Notes: generated from the letters alone by a model not told the origin. A DNA stretch of 64,000 nucleotides from Enoplolaimus lenunculus (GCA_030248215.1 JASANG010003092.1:682001-746000); one strand, 5' to 3'; counted from the first letter of the stretch, positions 27,288 to 40,665 are shown. Numbers and translations: made by a program.

Positions 27288-27459
27288 TAAGAATAAACCA
27301 ATAAACTAAACTTTAATGTTTAATCCTTTTCTCATATGAAAGCATTACATTTCTCCATGTATCCAATTACAAGCTAGGATTTGAACTTCGCTAGGGAGAC
27401 GTTTACGGTCGTGGCCCGACTCATAGTAGTATACATTGCGCATTGTGTATTGATTGACT

Positions 27460-27630
27460 GGCCCATGAAAAGATCCGGAGCGAAACATTTTCCTGCGGGA
27501 CTGCAATAGAGTAAGCTTAAGTTTTGACTAATTTGTTTTGCTTAGGCTTAAATATAAGCTTATTCTTATGCCGAGGCTTAGACTTTGAAATATGAATATA
27601 CTACCGTTACGGCCTTTTGTATACACTGGC
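27460..27630. mobile_element. MITE family A copy
   Basis: ggcccatgaaaagatc...gactgcaatagagtaagcttaag...cttaggctta...tatacactggc. Confidence 0.75.
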
Positions 27631-30600
27631 AATTCCACTTATATAGTTTGCACTGAGTTGCTCATAGTCCGGGAACGAGCTAAAGGTTAACAACAAATTC
27701 CATATTACCACTGGCCATCAAACCTTATTTATGGTACCGCAAAGGTATGTTTATAAACCAGTGGAACCAGAACTATACAAATTACCCATATAATTGTTGA
27801 GTAATATACATGAGTCACAATACATGCGATTAATCATTGTCACTGAGCAAAATATGTAGAACTGGTGTCAGAATAGAGGTCACAATAGGCCGTCGTTTTT
27901 CAAATTGGTTCCATGGTCTCAGAGGGTCCCGGTAACGCTTAATCGGCCCCTAAAAATGGTGCCCCCTATAAGAGTCTTAGATCTCCTTATAAGTAACGTG
28001 AAATCTCCTCCGCATGCCTCTCTTTGAACTTTTTTGACCTTGTATCATGCTGAGCTGTCTATAGGGCTGTGCCAAATTCGGCCGATACCGCCCCCCAAAC
28101 TAATTTACTAAAATATAAAGATCCATTGCTTACGTGTCCCGGTAAAATTCCTTTGTTGCACCTTCAGCTTTTCTAGCTCTTGCTATGCTGTTTCGCGAGT
28201 AATGGCCAATAGGGTTATGCCAAGTCAAAAAATACTACCTTTTGCTTGAATATATCCAAAATTATAGGTGAATTATCTATCAGTGCCAGACATTTTCTGA
28301 CATGTATATATTTGGGCATTTAGCTTAATGTTTGATTGTAATTATAAACAAAATTTATTGTTTGACACGCTCCAACGTCGGGCCCGTAGCCAGAGTGGGG
28401 CTACGGGGTCTCAGCCCCCCTCCTTGGAAGAAGTATGCCTTTCTAGAAATTTTCAACCTTGCTTATAAGTCGTTCACAACTCCTTTGTATGCCCTACTGA
28501 AAATATTTAACCCTTTAGCAATTTGAGCTGGCTCGGAGAATGTTCAAAGTGCTGAGTCTAATTATGATAATTACTACTGGACCAGTATATACTTGACCAT
28601 TGTAGTAAGTTAACCTAGAATAAAAGTCAGTTTTGTTCGGCTTACAAATATGTTTCTCGCAGATTATATTTTGAAAACTTTAATACGGAAAATTAAGTTT
28701 AATGTTTAGCTGAACCAAAACGGTATATATGTTTTGTTTCAATTCAATCTGAATAATTTCTTTAAAATCGCTTGACAAAAATGACAAAATTTTCCCATAG
28801 AAACTTGTCTACTCTCTTGATTCATACATGGTTAACTCAGGTCCTAAATGTTGAACCAAAGCGTAACCTTAAGTGGTTAACGTAAAACAGTTGCACTGTC
28901 GGGTCAAACGGTTAGCTACCCAGGCCAGCCATAACCCCCAAAAGTGATCAAACCGAAAATTTTGTGTATAAATTTACTACTATGTTTGCATTTGGATTCT
29001 ATCTTTCCTCGCTCAGTCAACTCTTTACTATTATATATATACATATATATATATTATATATATTATATATTATATATATTCACACACAAATTTATGGAAT
29101 AGCCGCTGAACCGTTGGCATATACCAAACGAAACATGGTTGTCAAACTTGAAATATTTACCCGATTACGTAAATAAATAGCTCAGCTTACAATAACCATA
29201 CTATATATGGACACTAGCAAATGCTGTCTACACTATACTGAAATGCATTAGTAATATTAATGGAATAAGCATCTGTAAAAGGTTTAGAACCATTCAGCAG
29301 AAACCATGTTTAACACGGTAATAAAATGCGGAACTCTATCTATTTGAACCAATTGTTTATTGTCTAGTGTGACGGCTTAATCATGGAAGTATAGACAGAT
29401 GCTACGTCAGAAATGAATGTGGGATATGGACCCTTCTGGGGGGTGGTTTAGAAAAGTTTCTTGCCTGGTTTAATCTTTGTGTTATGCTCGGGGGGGTTTA
29501 TTTCATATGTGGAATTTGTGGATTAAGAGTTGTATGCATACATGATGTTAATTTTAAGGTCGGACAGTTTTCCCTATGAGATTAGTACAGTTACGTTTTA
29601 GAGTTAGTTAGACTATTAATTGTTTTGACTATAGGCTTAGGTTTAGACTTTGTGTTTGGCTTACTTTTCGCGCTGAGACCTAGGAATTTCATTTCAAGGA
29701 ATAATTAATGGTATTTTGAAAGTTCTGTGATTTAAGATCCAACAGGTTATTTTCTAAACGGTGTAAATATTTGCTTGTTTTTTCATCTCCAAAAAATTTA
29801 GGGGAACATACATATTATATCCCTGATACACTAGCATTGTAGCGGTTCCTTGTTTGTAAATCTTGACAAAATAGTGTACAAAATAGTTTTTGTTCGCCTT
29901 TAGAACCGACATTCCACACAATTAAATGCTTAAATAAAAAAATGCCAACAGAAAAATAAACCAGCTGTTTGTTTGAAACCAGACTTATTTCTTTTATAAA
30001 ACCAAACTTTTTGATCAAGAACCCAATATCGCTTATGGTTTTCTTTCAACAAATCACATTCAGTTGTTGCCTGGCAACCGCAAATATGCTTTTCTTTTCG
30101 TCATATACCACCGCTGTTGATACCGTCACCGAATACAAGAGATGGGACAATTCTGGTATAGGTTTTCAACAGGGATCAAAACCAAAATTTTGTGTCAAGA
30201 TTTAGCACTAAAATTGCGTTGGAAGTCTTGCTCGTTTCGCTCGCCAGCGTTTTTACACTATTACATATTGTACACCCGCCTTTCAGATTTGGATAACTGC
30301 TTCTTTAAGGGGGTCCCGATTATTAAAGTTTTAAGGCATAAACGGGATAAAATACAATCATAAAAACGTCTAAATAGTCGTTAAATTACAATCGAAATAT
30401 TAAGTATAACTTTTTGATATTTTAAGCAGTTAATTGCAAATATATTGTCTTGATCTTGATAGTACGGTATTAGGTTAAGTTTCTATACCAAATAGTTGGT
30501 ACCAACGGACGTAATATGTTAAATTGACAGTAGGGCAACGTTTAAAATAGCTTGATTTAATGCTTAATCTCATTGAACACAATATACACAATAGCGGATC

Positions 30601-31794
30601 CAGTTTTTGTAATAAAATGGTAACGTCCCTGCCTTCCAATTTTTTGTCCTCAGAGAATTTTTTGGTGATAAAATAATAAGGTCTTTACCTTACACAATTT
30701 TTGCGTTTCATAACATTTGCCAGCCCGTCCCCAGTCAAAAAATTTTAGATCCGCCTCTGAATATACAAAATATTAAATCGATTTTTATTTCGTACTGCTT
30801 TACTTGAGTGGTTGGATTGATATGATTTAAAGTCATACCGGGCTAAATGACACTGTAAATGGTTTTAAACGGCTGTTTGGGTACAGTAAAGATTGAGTAT
30901 ATTTTAGGTAATAGCCGGCATTTCTAAAGAACATTCTGTATCGAATGGTTGGTACCAGTACTGTACTTACCGTAGTGACCGGAATAAGAGGAGGTGCCTA
31001 TTTTGAGTCCCTATCAATTAGAGTCCATAAATGTCAATTATCCCTAATTGTAGTGCACAAATGACTCGACAACAAATAAAGTCGAGTTTGAAAGTTTAAG
31101 GTATGCTTAGTTTTGAAAGTGCATTACTAAGTATAACATTGCACGATCTCTCAAGCTTTTGTTCAAGGCAAACGTTTAATACAACGGATAGTTGCAATAT
31201 CGGATATATCAGTAACGAAGGGTGGCGGAAGGCGGGCTAAAAAGCAAAATAACAGAGGGTACGCTATGGAGATGCCAAATAAATATCAGCCTCCCCCTCT
31301 TATTCGAGTCACTACAGTAAGACGGTGTTTAGCAAGAGTGCATCATACAAGGGGTCGGCCAAAAACACAACGCCCGATAGTACATTTTATACCATGCGGA
31401 ACCCCAAGGATTGTATACGCTTGTATCATGCCTTCTTGGTTTAATTCAGAGCAGAGAATTGTGCAACTTTTAAATTTGATGAATTTTTATACATTTGGGA
31501 ACGAACAAAATTTGTCTTTAAACATTTATTCTCATTCGAAAATGTCAGCATAAAACCAATTTCAGCAACAAAAACTTTCTTTTTGCTGAATTTCTAAATA
31601 AAATTATTGAATTTTGGGGCATCAAATGAACCAAAAAATTTAGCCAGAAAACAAAAACGTTCGCTGGTTTGGGCAAATCATTTAGGTCAGCGTTTTTTTG
31701 TAATATTGTTTTGATTGAATTTAACAGAAATCGGAACGAATACTGCGGCATAGTTGACAATCAACATAGAAATAAATACTAAACATTGTCGTAC

Positions 31795-31853
31795 CTGATA
31801 TTGAGATTTCCATCTTGGTCACAAATTTGTTCGTTGGGCGAACATAACGGCAG
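31795..31853 (-). CDS. Shroom: Shroom 59-nt internal exon (LPLCSPNEQICDQDGNLNI)
   Basis: Acceptor aatgtttcag|CTG (31854), donor CAG|gtacga (31794). Phase 0 to phase 2, bridging the giant exon (ends phase 0) and exon 16575 (starts phase 2). Confidence 0.65.
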
Positions 31854-33846
31854 CTGAAACATTAAATTATTAATATTGTCAACATTTACAGTTGGCCCAA
31901 GTGAACGATAGGGGCTGCCACGTAAACGTAAGCCTAAACGTAAACTAAAACCAAGCTTACGCCTAAGACTAAAGAAAAACTTAATCTTAAGCCTAAGCCC
32001 ACGTTCCAGCTTTCTAATGTCTAAGTCCCCCAGCCCGGCGTATAAAGTCTGCGTTTTTACAAGTTTGGTATTTTGTGGCTGTTTAACGTTATGATATTAG
32101 ACAATGACGTAAGACGACCCATATAAAGATCACGGGCGGAACGTTTTTCTGCGCAACTGCACCAGAGTAAGCTTAAGCTTTAGCGTATTCGTTGCTCAGG
32201 TTTAGGTTTAGAAATATGATCATACTACCGTAACGACTCTATTCTATACATTAGCCCGTAACGCAAACGTTCTTTTAAACTCACCGCTCTGTTTCCGCTT
32301 GCAACTAGTGATGAACATACGTCACCCATAATTTGAGCCCTTAATGTGATAGCTAAAGTGTCGGTTGAGGTGTGCACTAGCACAAATTGTCAATATTAAT
32401 GAGTTAAGAACGTAAGAATCATCGCTAATATGAAAGTTTGTAAATTAAAACTAAAATCATGCAGTCAACCTATTTGGATCTGTAACGTAAATATTCGATA
32501 TACGTAAAGGTGAAAACTGAGTGTATAGCCAAGTGCTGTGATTCTATCAACTGTGTTTCAAAGGATCCGAGTTTCCAAATGAGTGTAAAACGGATAGCAA
32601 CTTGAACGGATAGTGATCAAAATAACGGAAATAGCGAAACTGTCGTATAAATGTTTCAGATTTTTCATTTTTCTGCCAATACAATTGAAACGTGTAAATC
32701 TCACATGGTTTTCGCAAGAAATAAAATTGACGATGTACCAAAATTTCTAAGAGTTTTTAGGAATTTCGTCAATATTTGAATTAGCTGTTAAACCTGCTAC
32801 AACACTGACTACCTTAAAAAATTGTGAACGATTTGAAAACGTTCAAACTCTGTACTCTGATAAAAAACTTAAATCCAAAATACACAGCACAAACCCGAAT
32901 GGCTTTCGAACCGGAAATCTTTTCAATTCAACAAAGCCTGTTTATTTCCAGTGACAAATATCAATTCCCCACTGCGGCAGTTAGAACAAGCTAAACATTA
33001 ATAGAATATATATATAATTATATTTATATATATATATATATACATATATATATACATACATATAACGTATATCTATCTATACATTGCGACAACAATCTGG
33101 CAAAGTGTTCAATAGTTTTACTTCCTGTTTGCTTTACGAAGAGCATATGGTTTGTCGCTTAGAATAAATGACGGAAGAAAGGTCACTAACAACTACAAGG
33201 ATGGCGATAAACAACTAAACATGGCATGTCGAGACTGGGACCAGGGGTGACAAGATGCTGCCAATCTGACGTTATTTCTGCCAGGAAAAGATATTATCAT
33301 ACGATCCATTGTTACGGTTTATCAATGCTATCTTTAACAGGCTCTTGTACACTTTTTCCACATTTAAACCTACGGATCAGGCTTAAGTTTATATTTGTAA
33401 AGGTAAAGACTTAAGCAAAGTGAAAAACGCTCATGTGCAAAACAGAGAGCAACCAAACACAATTTTAGTGCTAACTCATAATACAAAATTTTGGTTTTGA
33501 TTCCAGTTCAGGGCTCATTCGTGTGTGCTCCTTGAATTCCCCACTGGTGCTACTCACAACCGAGAACGCCGATACAAGTTAACAGAAAAGTAGCTTTTTT
33601 TGATTTTCTCAGGAAACAAATGCTACATAACCCTGACTCTAATCTACACAGTCTATTCGTTCAAAGTCGCGACAAGCGAAACCAGCGAAACTGGATTGTG
33701 AAGAAAAATTGACTTCGATTAAATACTAGAAACAGATCAACTTGCGTTCAGAGACACAACAACACCTTTGTGGTAAATCTAGAAGAAAACGCTAGCGAAG
33801 TGACCACAAATCGATAGAGATTAATCTAACAGCATACAAAACGTCC

Positions 33847-34419
33847 GGCCCATGTACAGGACAAAGCCGGAACAGTAGTATATACCTAAGCCTAAGCCTA
33901 AGCCTAAGCCTAAGCCTAAGCCTAAGCCTAAGCCTAAGCCTAAGCCTAAGCCTAAGCCTAAGCCTAAGCCTAAGCCTAAGCCTAAGCCTAAGCCTAAGCC
34001 TAAGCCTAAGCCTAAGCCTAAGCCTAAGCCTAAGCCTAAGCCTAAGCCTAAGCCTAAGCCTAAGCCTAAGCCTAAGCCTAAGCCTAAGCCTAAGCCTAAG
34101 CCTAAGCCTAAGCCTAAGCCTAAGCCTAAGCCTAAGCCTAAGCCTAAGCCTAAGCCTAAGCCTAAGCCTAAGCCTAAGCCTAAGCCTAAGCCTAAGCCTA
34201 AGCCTAAGCCTAAGCCTAAGCCTAAGCCTAAGCCTAAGCCTAAGCCTAAGCCTAAGCCTAAGCCTAAGCCTAAGCCTAAGCCTAAGCCTAAGCCTAAGCC
34301 TAAGCCTAAGCCTAAGCCTAAGCCTAAGCCTAAGCCTAAGCCTAAGCCTAAGCCTAAGTCTAAGCCTAAGCGTATGGATTCGTAAACCTAAGCCTAAGCC
34401 TGTGCTCTATACATGAGCC
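33847..34419. mobile_element. MITE of the telomere-repeat-bearing family A, enclosing the telomeric array
   Basis: Left end ggcccatgta and right end tacatgagcc are inverted repeats. Left interior agccggaacagtagtata resembles the reverse complement of tatactactgttacggcc seen in other copies (e.g. 63836-63852). Confidence 0.8.
33885..34370 (-). repeat. Interstitial telomeric array, about 81 x TTAGGC (CCTAAG on +)
   Basis: Perfect hexamer repeat for about 486 bp with one variant base at 34359. TTAGGC is the known nematode telomere repeat. Confidence 0.97.
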
Positions 34420-36732
34420 AATCGTCCAATGCTTCAACATAGGTAAACAGAAAATTGCAGAAATATAACAAACCAAATACAGAGCAAATATAACAACTTA
34501 AACTTGTGAATACTTAGCTAAAATGAAAACAGAAACGATCAAAACTTAATACTTAAGCGCGTGCCAGCATATCAATGCAAGTTAACAAGCAAAATTTCTT
34601 GCAAAAACATTTGGCACCAACATCGGTGCGATTTTTATACAACTTGGTAAAGTCGCTTTGTCAAGTTTGTGTGATAGTCTGGTTTTGAAAATACTGATTA
34701 TGTGGCCCGTCGGGCAGGCTTGTGCACCGGTTGAAATGAACCATTGAACAAAATTGCAAATCTAGGTTTTAGGGGTTCGTGCGCTGTGTTGATCTTTCTG
34801 TCATTGTAAACTTGGAGGGGCATACAAGGGTTAGTGATGATTAACAACCAAGTTTAAATTTAGGGGGGGCAAAACGTTTTCATGGTAGCCGAGACCCCAG
34901 ACCGCCTTATAGCTACGTGCCCGCTAAAATCAACGTATTCTATGTGGACGTCGCCGAGTACCAAAGAACATGTTACCGGGTAAATATCTTTTAAAAAAAT
35001 TTCTATACAGTGAACACAAGGACGCATAGAATAGATTGATGAAGAATTCTAGAAACCTGTTTTGTTTACCACCGATAAATTCAACCAGGTGTGCACCGGC
35101 TAATCCAAAAACAAGTCGATTCATCCTGTCCTGAACAAAATTCCTTTAAACCAGCATAGTACCGACTGGCGCGCTCACCAAATCCTAATTTGGGGCCCAT
35201 ACGCTTGTTGAGGCCGCAATCTTGGCAAACTAAAAAATTGTTCACGGACCACCAAGTTATAGATCTGTGTAACATTTTATTGGGGCCCTGCTCGGGCCTG
35301 TTTCGGGAGCCCGACTATCCCCTGAACCTCCAGCAATTCAAAAATATAGAAACTGCTAAACAAATATACTCAATTTTCAAGACCTAAGCTGATTCTTAAA
35401 AATAAGTTTACTTTTAAGCTTCTTGATATTTATGATTTAAAATAAAAGCTGTCAGCCTTCTTGATGTTGTGAAGACCAGAGCCGTATCCAGCATTTCATT
35501 TTAGAAGTGTATTAAAACCTCCTGGCAGAAATTAGAATTTTTCGAAAGCGACCAATAAATATAAGAGTTCCGACGACTGCAAACTGCTTTTTCTTGCATC
35601 TCTGAAAGTTTCAGAGGGCATATAACCTCTTTTTCTCCATCCCTTGTATATTCGCCGGTGATGACCTTTTCAAAAACAGGAAATGTACGTAAACCCGTTC
35701 CAGTTAAGGAAACTCTCAATACTGTCAAATCGTTTCAACTCAACTCAAATCAACCGTAGCGAAAAGAAACTTTGAGTCTTACAATCAAAATCGAGCATAT
35801 TCCCTGTCAAAGAAGCTTTGTCATTTCGAATTCAAAATTCTTTAACGGTTCACTGATCAAAGTTAATGAAGTTTCTTCAGGGCCATAGCCAAGCCAAATA
35901 AGCTAAGGGGTCAACAAATCTTCGAAAGAGGCATCCAAGCGTTAGACACGACTAGCTAGTGATGCTGAAGATTTCCTAAGGGGACCAGTGTTTTTTGAGG
36001 ATGGGTTCCGTTTCCCTGGTTCACATCTGGCTACAGACCTGTTAGTTTTCCAATAATGAATTGCTGAGTGTCAGGAGTTTGGCAGAAGACAGACCCCCAC
36101 CCTGCTTATGGTTCGTTGAACGTGCGGGGGTCAGGAGGCGACAGCCTCGATGAAAATCCAATTAAAGATAATTTTTGTTGTAGAGTAGTTTTTCCTCCTT
36201 ACGGGCCCAGCTGTCCTTCTGTCCCAACTGTTCGGCTGCCCCAACTGTCCCGCCGTCCCAGCTATCCCCAATGTCCCAACAATTATTGGCTATTACCCTT
36301 TCCTGAATAGGGTATATCATTAGCACCTAAGCGCACCGTCAAGCTTAAATACTGTAGTGGCCCCCTATATCCTCTATTGCAACTATCTGTTGAATTAAAC
36401 GTTTATGTGTCTTGTATCAAAAACTTAAGCGATAATGCAAGTTTATACTTAATACTCTTTAAATTTAAGAGTGCTTTTAAAGATTCGAGCTTAACTCCAT
36501 TTGGTCCTGGAGTCATTTATTACAATTCGTGATGATTTATTGACATTTATGTACTCTAATTAGGGTTCAGGGACTCTATCCGCGTACGAACTCTTACTAG
36601 GGATACGGACTCCCATAGATTGGGCCTCAAAATGGGGACCCCCTATCACCCCCCACTCTCATGCGGGTCACTACAGTAGTCGAACGTCCTCGCTTAATAA
36701 ATCTGGAAATAGAAAATATTCATGTGGGAAAC

Positions 36733-36888
36733 GGATCCGTAGCCAAGAGGGAGGATCTCAGCACCCCTGGAAAATTTTTTTGACTCTCTAGAAAATTTTC
36801 AACCTTGGTTGTAAGTCCACGAAAACCTCTGTTTGCCCCAGCTGACAATTTTTAACTCCTCCTATCAAAATTAGCTGACTACAGGCCC
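36733..36888. mobile_element. High-copy short MITE family D (ends ..CCGTAGCC / GGCTACGG..)
   Basis: Shared core aaaattttcaaccttg.ttgtaagtc..gaaaacct.tgtatgcc. Further copies in either orientation near 1362-1521, 24190-24330, 26567-26722, 28380-28535, 43988-44149, 46039-46330, 52600-52731 and 60840-61028. Confidence 0.7.
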
Positions 36889-37244
36889 GGCGAGAAACGG
36901 TCTTAGTTACAACGTGCGACTGACCTCATAGCTGCATCGACTTTATGTATATACCTTTTTGCCTGCACCGCGAGTAAATGTAATTTACCCTGTTGGCCTT
37001 GTTCGGGTAACAAATGCTGTCAGACACGAATGTTGCATGAAATTAGAATATAATTCGTTTAGTTTATGGTTGATAGACAACAGGAACAAGATTTTAGAAA
37101 AGTTCCGGGTTCATAATGCTACCGTGCGTGACGAACCAAACAAAGCGTTTGTATATCGATAAGACCGCATCAATGATTTTGATAAGTTTCATAGACGTCG
37201 GATAATCGTTTTGTAGAGAATGCCGAATGTAACGCCACTTAGAA

Positions 37245-37484
37245 TGGTGCTATACTTTTGAAGACGTCCATTGCCGTCTGTCAACATCCGGCGCCGTCCG
37301 TCATCGTACGTTTGTCGTGCACTTCGTCCCGTGCTGTCAGTAGCCGTCCGCACCGTCCGTCACCGTATGTCACATCGCGGTATCGCACGTAATTTACTCA
37401 CGTACGATACCGCATTGTGACAGACGGTAACAGACGGCGACAGACGGCACCGGACGGCACCGCACGACAAATATAGCGCCAACC
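37245..37484. mobile_element. GC-rich foldback element
   Basis: CCGTC repeats on the left mirror GACGG repeats on the right around a gcggtatcg...cgataccgc hairpin. A left-end relative at 7842-7945 (aggttggcgctatac) complements the right end tatagcgccaacct. Confidence 0.7.
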
Positions 37485-37971
37485 TTACAGACTGTGACGT
37501 TTCTAGCGTAATTTTACAACTTTTTCTAGACTATTGTGATTGTTTTCAGTGTGCGAACTAAAAATCAATTAAAAGCAAACTGTCAGTGCGCTTTAGATAT
37601 ATTTATATAGAATAAATAGCAAATGCAATTTTGAGAACTGCAAAACTGATTAAAACTTTGCAATCAGAAAATATCGCGAACCTAATTGCAGTTGCAGTTG
37701 GAATAATATTCAGACTCAACTTCACGTCAGTCTAAAATGTGGGCGCAGATAGCATTGTAGCCAGGGGTTTATTTCGTGTAGGCAATAACCTCATGTAAAA
37801 GAACTTTTTAACTTTTTGGAACAAAGGCTTACTTTTAGCCTGTTAAAAGTGCTTAATTTTGCTTGTCTCTAGAAACGTCTAAAGCGTAGATATAGTCTCT
37901 CCCTTTGTATACGCCACTGTCTATAGGATTTTGGTTTGGAGTGGCCCACATTAATTACATAAGTATACCTA

Positions 37972-38402
37972 TTGTAGGGACCCGAATAAGAGGGGGACTG
38001 ATATTTATTTGGCCTCTTCAGAGGGTACCCTCCCGTTATTCGGTTACGGACTGTTATTTGTTTTTAACCCGCCTTTCATTACTGATATATATTCTGCATT
38101 GCTACTATCCGTTGAATTAACAGTTAATTTGTCTTGTATCAAAACATTTAGCGATAATGCGAGGTTATACTTAAAAATGTACTTTCAAAGCTAAGTATGC
38201 TTTAAAGTTTCGAACTCAACTGTATTTGGTGCCGGAGTCATTTATGCACTACAATTTGGGAAAATTGACTATGGATTCTAATTAGGATTTAGAGATACTA
38301 TCTGTTTACGGACTCTTATTAGGGATGCGGACTCCTATCAATTGGAACTCAAACTGCGGATCCCCTCTCTTATTAACCACCTCTTAGTCGGGTCAGTACA
38401 CT
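37972..38402. mobile_element. Family C MITE copy
   Basis: Near-collinear similarity to 54806-55229 (gacccgaataagagggggactgatatttatttggcctct...). Confidence 0.8.
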
Positions 38403-39127
38403 AAATCAATTGCATAAGTATACATTTTTTGGTGTATATAAGTTTGTTTGTCTCAGCTAACATTCGATTGTCAGCAGAATTTAGTTTTTTGAAATTTTCA
38501 GAGCGTCATATCTTTTGGCTTCCATAGGATTTGCTGATGCTATAAAACCCGCCGATATGAATTATATATATGGTTCTGGGCTTTTTTGTCAAATTTCGAC
38601 TAGAAATTGGTTAATTTTAAGACATGGATTCGTATGGACTACCTACTAGGGCTTTATTTTGTTTTAACTTAATTAAAACAATGATTAGTGTCTGCTTGAG
38701 CTAGCACGCCGGGTGGTCTTGTTCTTAGCTTGTCGGGGATTTTGGGCTATAAAGAAAGAAGCACAATATGAAAGCAGCGGGTACATAGGGGGTACTTTAC
38801 TGGTCATGCGGCAGCGCCCGTTGCCTGCCGTCAAAGACGTCGACGAGCGGTGCCGAAAGACATTCAATATTTTTAAAAAGTATAGCCCCACTCTAAATGT
38901 GCCAACAGGTACTCAGCCAGATACTAAGCAAACCTCCCGACCAGGAAAAGAAGTAAACTTACGGAACTCAGCTTGTTTAATTTTTGTCTTCCCCACGTTC
39001 CTGGCTGGGCTACGTGTGTAGACAAATATAATAATTCTAACTGTCAGAACTGCAGGGTCGGGACGATCCCTTTCTCTAAAGTACTGCGAATTTACATGGT
39101 TTTTTGTGTAAATTTCTCTGAAACATA

Positions 39128-39200
39128 TGGCCATGCCGGGAATCGAACCTCGGACCTCTCGTTCGCGAGTAAAGCGCGCTACCCATTACAACACGCAGCC
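39128..39200 (-). pseudogene. tRNA-like sequence (anticodon position CGC); tRNA pseudogene or SINE head, copy 1
   Basis: Minus strand GGCTGCGTGTTGTAATGGGTAGCGCGCTTTACTCGCGAACGAGAGGTCCGAGGTTCGATTCCCGGCATGGCCA: 73 nt, A box, perfect B box GGTTCGATTCC, imperfect stems. Confidence 0.7.
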
Positions 39201-39477
39201 GCTATCATAATTTCCTCTGATGCTATGTGCACGAGTATGTATGTGTTTTAACATTACGCACTCTGCACATAAACAAGCTACACCGCGTATACTTACATTC
39301 CTCCTTCTTTAGGTGGTCGCCCCGGACCGCGAATCCAAACTTCTTCGAATCCATGGGCCTGCAATTTACAGCGCCCGTCTCGGTGGGACCTCCATGTCAG
39401 AACTGCAAGGTCGGGACGTCCCTTTTTCCGAAGCACAGCGAATATGCATGGTTTTTCTCAAATTTCTCCGAAACATA

Positions 39478-39549
39478 TGGCCACGCCGGGCATCAAACTT
39501 CGACCTCTTGCTCGCGAGTCAAGCGCGCTACCCATTACACCACGCGGTC
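39478..39549 (-). pseudogene. tRNA-like sequence, copy 2
   Basis: GACCGCGTGGTGTAATGGGTAGCGCGCTTGACTCGCGAGCAAGAGGTCGAAGTTTGATGCCCGGCGTGGCCA; degenerate B box; 350 bp from copy 1. Confidence 0.65.
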
Positions 39550-40665
39550 GATATCAAAATTTCCTCTGATGCTATATGTGCACGAGTACGTATGTGTTTT
39601 AACATTACACTCTGCACATACACAAGCTACACCGAGTATGCCCATACTAACCAATAAAATCCTATCGACGTCTCTGGCTGAAAACAATGGTCCTGCGGGT
39701 TTGGAAGATGTTTTGAGGGACAAAGGTAACTCTGGCACACTGGTAGCAGAAATAAATTTGCGTGGATTTACAAACAAAAATTAACCCAGATACTATTATT
39801 TGTTTCAAAGGTCGCCGTAGATGACATTTAGCTCAATCCGCAAGCCGGGTTAAAACTTTGTCAGAAGGGGACTTAAATTTTTTAAAAAGAAATGACCTCC
39901 CGTATGCCGGTTAGGAAATGAACCAGCCGATAGTACAAAACTTCTCTCACACACTGTAAATACTAATGCGTTGATTAATCAAGTAAGAGTGAGAATTAGT
40001 TATTAGTGGTTATTTCTAGGTTAATGACAGTAAATATTAACTCTCTCTGAGCTGGTTTAATTCTGTGTAATTTGATTAATTAACTCAGAATGAGTTCAAT
40101 CAATTCAGAAGTTTCCTTCTGAAAAACCTAATTCCGAGTTCAAATTCTGATGGATTCAACTCATTCGGCGTTAAAATCAGATCACTACAGTGTAACCTTT
40201 AAGTTGAAAAAAGGCGAACGAAACCAATTCAATCAACCAAATTATGCGATACCTAACAACAATACTTAATAAATAACCTAGTAAATTATACCTCAATCCA
40301 TTGACGTCCCATGATTTTAGATTCTACTTCGTTCCTTGAACCTTAAAGCCAATCGTCAGTGACGTATATACAAGGGAAATAGGCCACAGAAAAAAGGTAC
40401 TACCTTTATAGGTTTTAGAATTACTTTGGGCATTCTAGTGTCCAAAAATATGTTCTCGGTCATAAACAATTCGCCTTTGACAAAAAACTTCTAACAAAAT
40501 CCTGGCTACGCCCCTTGTCAAGTGTTTCGTGTGGGTTACATGACAAAACAGGCAATTGAGAGTTGTATATGAACAATGTCTATGAAAAAGCCATAGTAAA
40601 CAACCCTAGAATTGCTTAGTTCTCAGAAACCTATACGAAAATAGTTGCGTGGGTAAGGTTTATGT

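Noticed and set aside
33885..34370. True chromosome end or scaffold misjoin at the telomeric array
   Set aside because: Both flanks belong to one MITE and phase-compatible exons of one gene lie on either side. Not formally excluded without reads.
38713..39784. Cluster of 70-185 aa ORFs
   Set aside because: They overlap or adjoin the tandem tRNA-like repeat and show no protein-family features.
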